A stretch of 64,000 bases of DNA from Macrostomum lignano (lineage: Eukaryota), in contig NIVC01000637.1 in NCBI GenBank assembly GCA_002269645.1, forward strand, positions 62,001 to 126,000, given 5' to 3'. The notes beneath the pieces were generated by a model that ran no database searches, was not told where the DNA came from, and worked only from the letters and a program-made list of their open reading frames with translations. The position numbers and the translations under genes were made by a program. Below are positions 48,079 to 58,942 of this stretch, in pieces (the first letter of the stretch is position 1; every line of letters starts with the position of its first letter).

Positions 48079-49298
48079 ATGCTGGTAAGCCCGCAGTTTT
48101 CTAGCAGGGACAGCTAAAGCAGAATAGCAGACCTCTCAAATCGTACAAACTTCGCAGCAAAATGCATTGGCAATATAGGAAGTATTTTCAGTTTATTTAG
48201 CACAAATTTTCCTATACCTCCCTTCTGCACTTCAGAATACCAAAATGAAGCAATTTCCAATGTTTGCATGAAATTTCACGGAATTTGCATCATCTGCACC
48301 ATAGTAGACTCGAACTGACGCAGGCTGAACGACTCATCCCTGTACAACTCGTAATTTTAGGCTGCCAAACCGACTTCAACAATGACGGTGTCGATGCCGC
48401 TGATCGCTGTATTCTGCTGCAGCTGTCTGCTGCTTGCAGTCCGCGGCGCTGAGGCTCTGCAGCCGTGCAGCTCGCGACTGATTTTCGAGCCGAGAAACCC
48501 GGCCACCGCCTGCTCGGGCGGCAGATTCAAAACTGCGCTCTCCGCGTGCGCCTGGAGATGCACACTGGAGCCCCTGTGCCGCGGCATCCGCCTTGTTGAC
48601 GACGGCAGCTGCGCCCTGCTAGGCAGCGAGCAGGAAGTCAGCGCGGCTGCATTGGCCGCCTCCGCGACTGACTGCAGCGGCGATCGGCTGTTTGCCTGGC
48701 GGTCAGGTGAGAAAGCTTAGTCTGAAGGAAGCTGACATGCTAAATTATGACAGAATTTTTTTGGCCATGCAGTTACCTGGAAAATAACTTTGAGTCTGAG
48801 GACTAATATTGCAATCCCGTATCCTCGAGGCTCTGAATTTAGGCTTCATATAAATATCCTCCATAAAAACATTCTGCAGAGCAGCTGCAGCTGAGCGGCT
48901 GCAGCCAGTCCAGCACCAGCTACAACGGCATCTGCGAACGCGTCACAGACGGCGGCACGGCACAGACCTACTCGGCCGGGAGCTGCGGTCACACAGACAA
49001 CTTGGCCAACACCAAACAGTGGTGGCAGGCGGCCGCGGCCTCCAAGGCCTTCATTAGCCTGGTGCGCATCTACAACCGGCAGGACTGCTGCGCCAACAGG
49101 CTGACGAACTTCACCATCGCCCTGGACGGCCAGCAGTGCGCCAGCTACAACTCCGGCCAGACATTCAGCGTGAAAGACTTCGCCTGCGATAAAGTCGGCA
49201 GCAACCTCAGGGTGACGCAGCGAACCGAGGGCGAGTACCTCACACTGTGCGAGGTCGTCGCCTTCGGCCGCCAGCTTCCAGCGTCTGGTCAGGAGTAG
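48079..49298 (+). CDS. PAN/Apple-like + F-type lectin protein, divergent copy D (about 256 aa)
   Basis: Exons 48079-48084 (tentative ATG CTG|GTAAGC), 48361-48706, 48880-49298; intron-2 phase is the same as in A-C. Signal peptide MPLIAVFCCSCLLLAVRGAEA; loop RQDCCANRL. Translation could instead start at 48382. Confidence 0.82.
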
Positions 49299-50044
49299 CG
49301 ACGGGATTATTGTTGATCAGCATTGTACTTTAATCACCCTGTCTCTTCACCCGCTCTTTCTCCTCTGCTGGCAACTCAGCCACAGTCAACAATTGCATAG
49401 GCCAGATGGTTTTCAATCACTTGGCTGCCAGTGCAAGCGAGACTGGCTGACTGAGCTCTGTGTGGAAATTTCGAGTGTTCCTGTGCCTGCATTTACTTCA
49501 GCTCATTGCCTTAAATGCGATGGGAAAAATCTTGCGCTGCAGCCCCCCCCCCCCGAGTCCACATTCTGTGGCGTTTCCAGTCCCATTCTGTATCTTTTGC
49601 AGTAAGAAGTTTGGAAAAATGAAAAATGAAAATAGAAAATGAAATTGTTTCTGATTTCAACTCAAAATTTAATCAATTTGTCTTCAACGCTAATGAAACA
49701 ACTCAAGCAATTATTTTATCAAGAAGAAAATCGGAGTTCCAAAAGACTGAATATTGAACGATCAAGAGCAAATTAAAGCATTTGCAAGTATGAGTTGCAA
49801 ATCACCGAGAAGCTGCGGTGCATGTACTCGGATCCTTAGCCAAGTTAAAATTCCTTATTGTCAACCCTATATGTCAACTTCATTACGTAAGCCAGGAGGC
49901 TGCAATATTAGACACTGCATTATCATCTCAACAAGAAGACTGCCAGTTCTTCCCAGTCCGACGAATGTACCGAGCAACCAGGCGATTTTTTTGAATGAAG
50001 TGGCATGCGAACGAGTCGGTCAGTCAAGTAGCCGTAAAAGCCAC

Positions 50045-53000
50045 CTAACCGAATTCCGCAACAACACTGCGGCAAACTCCCACAATGGGAGAATAATTTC
50101 TCGCATCGCCGTAGTTGAAAGGCCGGGCGACTTCCACAATCTGCCAGATACTGCGGTCCTTCTTCAGCAGGCAGACGATAAGGCCGCGGTAGCCACAGAA
50201 TCGGCTGAAGTTCAAGGTGCTCTCGGACAGACTCTGGGTAGGCCGGGCGCTGTCGTAGAACTCGAGCGTCGGCATCCGGAAGCCCTGCATGCTGGACCGA
50301 CGCCAGGCGCTCATCAGGAACAGCAGGTGAGTCACTGGCTGGCCTCGCACCACCAGATTGTCCAGGTTCTGCACCCACACCTGACGGGCAAGGTGTGACA
50401 TGCGATTGCAATCAATAACAAGTAGAATTGGAACGACCATTCTTCTATAGTCTAGTTTGTAGTTGTTTATAAATCCGGCCGAATCAGCCCGTCACAGCCT
50501 GTCAGAGTGTCGAAATGACATTTTTATACCCAAGATGCTAGTTTATCAGTACAGTACAATCGGAGTTTCTCTTAAAAAGAGGGCCGTCAAGATGCGACAA
50601 GTTGTCGGTAGGTGACTTTGAGTGACCTTGAACCTTACGCATAAAGACAAACTCACATTGAATGTCGATGTGCTACGCTGCCTAAGAATGTCCCTGGTTG
50701 CATTGCCGCAGTGCTGGATATAGTTGGCATAACACGTGTACCTATACGCCTGCTGCGGCCAGGTGGAGCGGAAGTCTATATTGTCTAGGTGAATGATGTG
50801 GTCTCCCACTTTGGAGAAGGTGATGCAGGCCGTATCCAGGTAATTCTTTGGATTGTTTTCCGGCCAGCCCCAGGACATGGAGAAGCGAATCTTGTTCAGG
50901 TCGCTGGGCACTTCGTACAGCACGCGGATGGCTCTGAGGCCGGTGCAGCCGCTGGCGATGCCCAGATCAGCGAGTGTCCGGTGGTCTCCCTGCGGTTGGT
51001 GCAGCAGTGGGACAAAGAAATTGATGAAATAAGACCGTTAGAAGAATGGTGGACTGTCAAGCCCAGGGCTGGGGTGCAGGGAGGAGAACAGATGCACTGG
51101 TGAGGTGCAGGGAGGAGAACAGATGCACTCGTGAGGTGCAGGGAGGGGAACAAATGCACTGGTGAGGTGCAGGGAGGGGAACAGATGCACTGGTGAGGTG
51201 CAGAGGGGAACAGATGCACTGGTGAGGTGCAGAGGGGAACAGATGCACTGGTGAGGTGCAGGGGGGAACAGATGCACTGGTGAGGTGCAGAGGGGAACAA
51301 ATGCACTGGTGAGGTGCAGAGGGGAACAGATGCACTGGTGAGGTGCAGAGGGGAACAAATGCACTGGTGAGGTGCAGGGGGAACAGATGCACTGGTGAGG
51401 TGCAGAGGGGAACAAATGCACTGGTGAGGTGCAGAGGGGAACAGATGCACTGGTGAGGTGCAGAGGGGAACAAATGCACTGGTGAGGTGCAGAGGGGAAC
51501 AGATGCACTGGTGAGGTGCAGAGGGGAACAAATGCACTGGTGAGGTGCAGAGGGGAACAGATGCACTGGTGAGGTGCAGAGGGGAACAGATGCACTGGTG
51601 AGGTGCAGAGGGGAACAGATGCACTGGTGAGGTGCAGAGGGGAACAGATGCGCTGGTGAGGTGCAGAGATCACTGGTGAGATGTGCACAGGCTGAAGCAG
51701 TGAATGCTCACCTCGAGTGATGTCCCGCCCATGAGGATTTTGATCTCGCGCACCGGCGGCCTGTCATCCATTTTCTGCTGCAATTTCAGCTTGAAGGCAT
51801 TGAGGGAGTCCAGACTCTGGGCGCTGATGATGGCCGTGTCGCCTGACATGAAGCTGACGGACAGGTTGAGCGGGATTGAAACCAGCTGCGATACTGCAAC
51901 CTGCGGCTGGGACACTGTGGGTGGGAAACGCAGCAAGCTGGAGACAGTCTTGCGCTCTGAAGGACTGCAAAAGTAAACCGAATATTGATACCTCAGCATC
52001 AATATCCCATCTCTGATACCTCAGCATCAATATCCCATCTCTGATACCTCAGCATCAAAATCCCATCCCTGATACCTCAGCATCAATATCCCATCTCTGA
52101 TACCTCAGCATCAATATCCCATCCCTGATACCTCAGCATCAATATCCCATCCCTGATACCTCAGCATCAGTATCCCATCCCTGATACCTCAGCATCAATA
52201 TCCCATCCCTGATACCTCAGCATCAATATCCCATCTCTGATACCTCAGCATCAAAATCCCATCCCTGATACCTCAGCATCAATATCCCATCTCTGATACC
52301 TCAGCATCAATATCCCATCCCTGATACCTCAGCATCAATATCCCATCCCTGATACCTCAGCATCAATATCCCATCTCTGATACCTCAGCATCAAAATCCC
52401 ATCCCTGATACCTCAGCATCAGTATCACATCCCTGATACCTCAGCATCAATATCCCATCCCTGATACCTCAGCATCAATATCCCATCCCTGATACCTCAG
52501 CATCAATATCCCATCCCTGATACCTCAGCATCAATATCCCATCCCTGATACCTCAGCATCAATATCCCATCCCTGATACCTCAGCATCAATATCCCATCC
52601 CTGATACCAGGTACCTCAGCATCAATATCCCATCCCTGATACCTCAGCATCAATATCCCATCCCTGATACCTCAGCATCAATATCCCATCTCTGATACCT
52701 CAGCATCAAAATCCCATCCCTGATACCTCAGCATCAATATCCCATCCCTGATACCTCAGCATCGATATCCCATCCCTGATACCTCAGCATCAATATCCCA
52801 TCCCTGATACCTCAGCATCAATATCCCATCCCTGATACCTCAGCATCCATATCCCATCCTTGATACTCCAGCATCAGTATCCCATCCCTGATACCTCAGC
52901 TTCAATATCCCATCCCTGATACCTCAGCATCAATATCCCATCCCTGATACCTTAGCATCAATATCCCATCGCTGATAACTCAGCATCAATATCCCATCCC

Positions 53001-53588
53001 TGATACTCCAGCATCAATATCCCATCCTTGATACTCCAGCATCAATATCCCATCCTTGATACTCCAGCATCAATATCCCATCCCTGATACTCCAGCACCA
53101 ATATCCCATCCCTGATACCTCAGCATCGATATCCCATCCCTGATACTTTGGTCTGAGACTCCAGTGGTATTTAACGAAACTCCAACCTCATTGCAGAGTC
53201 CTTCAGCATCCACACTGCATCAGCTTACCGGACACCTCCTTGTCCCTGTAGTCATAGACAACGCTCTCCAGTTGCAGTCTGTAGATGGCGGCGCTCTCTG
53301 AGTCCGGCTCCACCTCGCCATCGCACTGGCTGTATGGGCAGACACCTTCCGAGTCCACAGACTTCAAGCAGCACTATGGAAATTGTGCACCAACAGTTCA
53401 TATTTAGATACTCGTACAGGCATGCAAGTTTAAATGAATAATCATTTTCATTTAGTCAAAATTCAAACCCGAATGCAGATCTGCAGCAGCGGATGGTGAC
53501 ATGCGTCAGTCAGTGGCTCCAGTGGATATTCATTTGATGGTTTGTCAATGCAGCAGCTGCTGCACTTCATTGTCCAATTTGCATGCAT
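50045..53588 (-). CDS. RING-type Zn finger + ubiquitin-like + TerD-like domain protein (about 392 aa)
   Basis: Exons 53588-53469, 53373-53229, 51956-51712, 50989-50657, 50380-50045 (last acceptor could be 12 nt later). RING-like C-x2-C-x17-C-x-H-x5-C-x2-C-x10-C-x4-C. Ubl: LSVSFMSGD..FKLKLQ..LEGDHRTLADLGI. TerD-like: YLDTACITF..IDF..IQHCGN..HLLFLMSAW..IVCLLKKDRSIWQIVEV. Domain calls are by eye. Confidence 0.72.
51075..51668. repeat. 29-bp minisatellite (RING-Ubl-TerD intron)
   Basis: GGTGCAGAGGGGAACAGATGCACTGGTGA. Confidence 0.95.
51985..53146. repeat. 28-bp minisatellite (RING-Ubl-TerD intron)
   Basis: GATACCTCAGCATCAATATCCCATCCCT. Confidence 0.95.
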
Positions 53589-54406
53589 TAGAATGCCATT
53601 TTGTCACTGGCTAAACTTATTCAAAAACCAAAACTTGTATTTACTATTTAAAAAGTAGCTTTCAAAACATTGTTGCATCAATAGAATTTGATTAATAAGC
53701 ATGCTTTGATATACATATAATAATTTTTTTTAAACTGTCATGAGAGAGTTATGAGTCCTAGGTCCTAGATAGAAGATGCAAGACTCTTAGACATTTTGGT
53801 GGCTATAGGAAAATTTTAGCATATATTTATTATGCCTTTGCTAAGTATTTTTTAAAATAAATATGTGATCTTTTACAAGGGGAAAAGTAAATTTAACCTT
53901 TGATATTCCTTAGATAAGTCCTTAATACTAAATAGATATTAAATAATAATATTATTACAATGCCACAAAAGCAACTATACTTTTTTCTTTTCTTATTATA
54001 TTAATATTGATTTTTAGAATAAATTTATTTAGTATATTAGCTATTTATCTGTGTGATATCTATTCAATATGATTTGATATCATTTAATTCTTTGGTTTAA
54101 AACCAATGTTTAATATATTTATACAGTTAATTCTATATGATAGACTAGAAAAAAATTATGCATGTTTTAAGAAATAATATATACAAATGCAGAAACTATC
54201 AGTTTATTATATTAATTTTAACTTCTACTAGCATTTTTATTTGGACACTAGTGTCCAACTATAGTTATAGATATAGAAACATATTAAATAAAAAACGAAA
54301 TAAATGATTTGATTTTTTATCTATAACTAATTAAAATTTAATTCATAAAAAGTAAAAAGCCTGAAAAACCACATTTAGTGCAAACAAGAAAAAGAAAGAT
54401 TAAGTA

Positions 54407-54759
54407 CTGGGTTTTTTAGGCCATACAGTAGCCACTGGCTACCCAAAAAAGCCATTGGCAACTGGATTTGTGCCATCAGAGGCCAATCTGGCAACCAACT
54501 TGAACCAAGGCAGTTGCCAATGATAAAACAGTCTGTCACATTTTATTACTACTAAGATTGGCTTGGCTGAAAACCTGAAGCCTGAGCTGATTCAAGCATA
54601 TTCTTTTTTTATCAATGTGTGAAAATTGTGCTTCGCATATGATTTTTGCTATGCACAGGCACTGGGACACTGAAATAGGTCAGTTGCCAGTTGGCAACTG
54701 AGGATGGCAATTGGCAACTAAATTTTGAGTGGCAACTGGATTTTGGACAAAAAACCCAG
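54407..54759. mobile_element. MITE with imperfect TIRs and 8-bp TSD (hAT-like)
   Basis: CTGGGTTTTTT..AAAAAACCCAG termini; ATTAAGTA is duplicated at 54399-54406 and 54760-54767. Confidence 0.8.
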
Positions 54760-57252
54760 ATTAAGTATACAACCAAGAATTGATAAGGTACGAGTAATAA
54801 AGGAAAGACTAAACAAAGATATAAGGCAACCAAACTAAAGAAATGATTTAGAAATTTGAAATAGGATAAAAATTAGAAATAAATAAAACTGGTTTTTACA
54901 CATTTTAAACATTATAAGCACCAGTGTTGCCACTACAACAACCAAAGAAATTATTGCAGGATAAGAAAAAAATTGCAGGAACAAATTTCTTATTTGTCAT
55001 AGAAAAAAGGGTGCCAGTATATGAAAAAAAAATTATTTTAAGCTTTCCATTTTTAATTCCATTTTCTATTTGACCAAAAAGAACTACTACAATTTGCAAT
55101 AACTGTATACAACTCTCATTTACGCCAAATCAGTGAAGTAGTCATACAACACAAGCATTTTATTAAGGGAAGACAGGCATATATATAATATAGATTACTG
55201 TTGTTCATTATGGAACTGACCCAAGAAACCAACTAAAATACAGGATGCCACAATTGCTGATGAGTAATAACAATTTTACAACTAAATTTCATGCTATATT
55301 CAAGTTGTCTGAATCTGTTCTCAATTCTATATATCTGAAATGAATTCTTTTAATATTTTAATTGTTGATCAATGTTGGTAACTATATGGGAAGAAATACT
55401 TTTATGTGAATCTTTGTTTGGCTAGTCAAACGTTAGTCAGGCAAAACTGCAGGCTCTTCAGTGGATGTTAATTTTTTCTTTGGAACCTTTGGCAGAACAG
55501 ATCAAGCGCCGAACTCTGCCTGTCTCTTTTGCTGAGCCGTTTTGTCAGCAGCTTTCTTCAGTGCTCGCTTGACTGCAGCATGCTCAATCTCCTTTTGCCA
55601 AGCTTCAAAACTGGAGGCTTGCACAGCCTCACGCTATATTGATGACATTCATGACACTCAAATTGAGCACAAAATGAAACACAGTACTTGATAAAAACTT
55701 GAAAGGACTTATATCCACAAAAGAATCATATGAAACAAGCATAGGCCCTAATGGATAAAATTATTGCTGAGCAATTAAAAATTGCTGAATGATGAAAAAT
55801 CGCAGTGGTGGCAACACTGATAGGCACTTTAAATTTATAAAAATGTCTAAAAAGGCATAAAAAGGGTTATAATCATTCAATCAACTAAACTAAAGAATAT
55901 AAAAAGATCATAAATGTTTTTACACAACATTGCCTAGTCTCCTAACAATTTTCTAGGTCTCTTTTAAAGAGAAAAATGGCAGCTGCCTTACACTTTTTTC
56001 AACTATGGCCTTAAATGACATTTTCTCGATTCTGTTATCTAATTATTAGAATTAGGCCTAGTCATTAGATAATTTCATTTCTCTTCTTGGATACTGAAAA
56101 TCAATCATAATTAACCTATTAAACTAGTTACTTGTCCGTTTTTATAAACAAATTAGACTCTCTTAGCTACTAGGTCTACTGAAAGGCTTAAAAATCGTGT
56201 ACAGACAACTGAATTTTTCTTTTATAGTTTCACTCAAAGGTCATAATTCTAAGTATAAATTAGGATTCCAATAAGTGAAAAATTAACATCCTTAGAACAC
56301 AAAATTACATACAATAACACTTTGATCTATTTAACTTCGTTCTTATAACTAGAAAGAGCAAGAAACTGAGGTTCTTAAAAATGACGATCGATCACCATTT
56401 GATCAATCATGCGTGGCAGTGAGCTCGATCATGTATTTTTTAAAGTCAAGTTCGAAAATTAAATCGCGAAAACGAAAAGCGAAAATCTTTGAAGAACTAA
56501 AAAAATAATGGCTTAGCACCTTTTAAATGTAATATAAAACAAAAAGCTTAGCTTTCATATTAAATAGTCACGAAATTCGTGGTCTATTAGTATAGTGCAT
56601 AGCTACTTTGTTATAATCGATAGTTTCGTTACTTTTAAATTAAATAGTACAAAATGAACGGAATTACACTACTGTAATTTTCAGCTAAGCTCGCTAAGGT
56701 ATCTATGATGCCGTAATTCGGAAAGACAAATTTTTATCAATATCGACCAACAACCGCATACATGTACTTGAGCAGAAGGATGGTAACATGACACTAGCTG
56801 TGTACACGTAACATCAGAAGATAATTACTTTTTAAAGTCTGGCTTTCCGAGAAAAATTGCCTTACCGCAGGAAATCTTCACTCTCTCAACACAGAAAAGC
56901 AATAGTTGTTTACAGCAGAGTTTTAATACTCGTATCTTAATTTGAATCGTCCTTGCTTTTCTTGCGACTCTCTAAGGCTTACAATTCAATTAACCTCTAA
57001 GTCTTCAGGATCCTATGCAAAGTTGGATAATAGAAACGTGATATTCTATTGTCTTTCGTCCTAGACGGGCTCAATGCGGCTGGGGATGAGGAAGCGTAGG
57101 TCCCAGAGCTCTCCTCTTTCATAGTGCACATCTTACAGGGACTTAGAATATTACAGCTGCTATGATTATTTTGTTGGAGATACCACCGATACTGTCGGTG
57201 ATAATTGGTACTTTGATCCTCAGCTTCTATTTCATGCTATACTGCGACAGGC

Positions 57253-57692
57253 GGTTTACCCCCGACTCGCCGAATCCCGATTTGCCGATTCCCATCTCGA
57301 TTTGCCGATTTTGCTTGTTTCATTCACTCTACTATTTCTTAGTGACTTACTAATACTAATACTCAAGAAATAATAGAGTAAATGATAGCAAGCAAAAATG
57401 TACACAAGGTTCGAACAAAGAATGGCTTATCTATTAGCTAGCACAGGCCACAGGCATTACCAGAGATTCGACGTAGTACGAATTGACCTAATAGTGAATT
57501 CGCCGAGTCGGGAATTCGGCGAATCAGGAAATCGGCAAGTCGGGATTCGGCAAATGAGGAATTTCGGCAAATCAGGAATTTCGGCAAATCGGGAATAGGC
57601 GACTCGGGAATTTCGGCGAACCAGGAATCGGCGAATCAGGATTCGGCGAGATGGGAATCGGCAAATCGGGATTCGGCGAATCGGGGTAAACC
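57253..57692. mobile_element. MITE with about 46-bp TIRs and 8-9-bp TSD
   Basis: GGTTTACCCCGACTCGCCG.. / ..CGGCGAATCGGGGTAAACC with 1 mismatch. CGACAGGC(G) lies at 57245 and 57693; subterminal TTCGGC(G/A)AATC repeats. Confidence 0.85.
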
Positions 57693-58169
57693 CGACAGGC
57701 GCACTGTCTACTCACACTTCATGCCACGTACAGTTCATGACAAATAAGAAAATAGGCAGAAACAGACAAAGATTTGAATGGCTAATGCCCTGAATTTCCT
57801 GCCCTGCAAGCCGCACTAAAATACAAATAATTCGGTTAATTATTTACGTGAAACGGATTGAGAATGAATTTATTAGAAAACGGTGAGCAAAAGGAGGTGA
57901 AGACCTGACTGGAAATACCCAGACAGCGCAAAGGAGGAAGAAACCTTAGCAGACACGGCTGACGGGCAGGGCTGCTTGGCGCGGTGGTCGTCGGGTGGTC
58001 ACGGTAGCGGCTGCAGTCATGGATGAGCCAGGCGGAGGTCGCAATGATGGGGAAGTGGAAGACAAGTTAGCGGATGTCTAACTAGCGGAAGATCCTGAGG
58101 ATCTATGAGCAATCAAGTGTTTAGGGGAATCTAGCTTGATTAACTTAGGACTGAGATCACGCGTCAGGC

Positions 58170-58300
58170 GATCACGTGAGCGTGAAGCGTGATATTGAAG
58201 GCCGTGACTTGTCCTTGACCTCCGTTACCAAGCAACCCTGATGACGTCACCCGCGCTGTGATTGGACGAGAAATTTGGCGGTCGCAGAGGCGGGAAAAAG
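58170..58300. promoter_or_regulatory. Promoter-like motif cluster
   Basis: CACGTG 58173, TGACGTCA 58242, ATTGG 58261, TTTGGCGG 58274 and GGCGGGAAAA 58289 within 130 bp. Confidence 0.45.
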
Positions 58301-58942
58301 CTTGAGAGATAGGGAGTCATCATGAGACTGACATCCTAATGATCCCAATGAGTCATCCTGGGGCACAGGTATCACAGGGGAGGAAGGCAGGATGCGCAAA
58401 AATTAGTGGGAGGCGCAGGACGTCCCTACATCAGACTATACAGTCCAACTTGAATTATTTCCTTTGTGGCCACGCATGTGGATTGAAATTGGAATTTATC
58501 CACCTGCATATACACAATAATTCAAAGCATATACTTTCGAAACGGAGCTCCTGGATTGCGTATTAAAGATAAATTCTTCTACAAATTAGAAAAGTTGGAG
58601 AACAGGAGCTAATAAAATTTCTCCCTGCCAGAGCGCTGCAGAAGTAGCTGTTCCATGTCCACTAGCTATAAGCCAAATGGAATCAGAAAGAACTGGTAAT
58701 GTACAAGACGCTGGAATATCGTGTACTTTCGACAAAAATAGACAGTCTCACTTTGCCGATGCGATTGTCGAAGCACGAGGTGGAGGTGTGTCACCTACAC
58801 AGGTGTTCAACAAATTTTCTATCGCCATTTCAACCATACGGCTTATACTGTGTATTATTTCGCATAATTTAGAAGCGTCAAGTCTCGCAGTGAGTCGTTC
58901 AAAAGTTTCTGCCTGCTTGCCGCTGCTCTCTCTTTTGCACGC

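Noticed and set aside
55440-55640. Minus-strand coding-looking patch (REAVQASSFEAWQKEIEH..)
   Set aside because: Contains an in-frame stop and does not link in phase with neighbouring exons.
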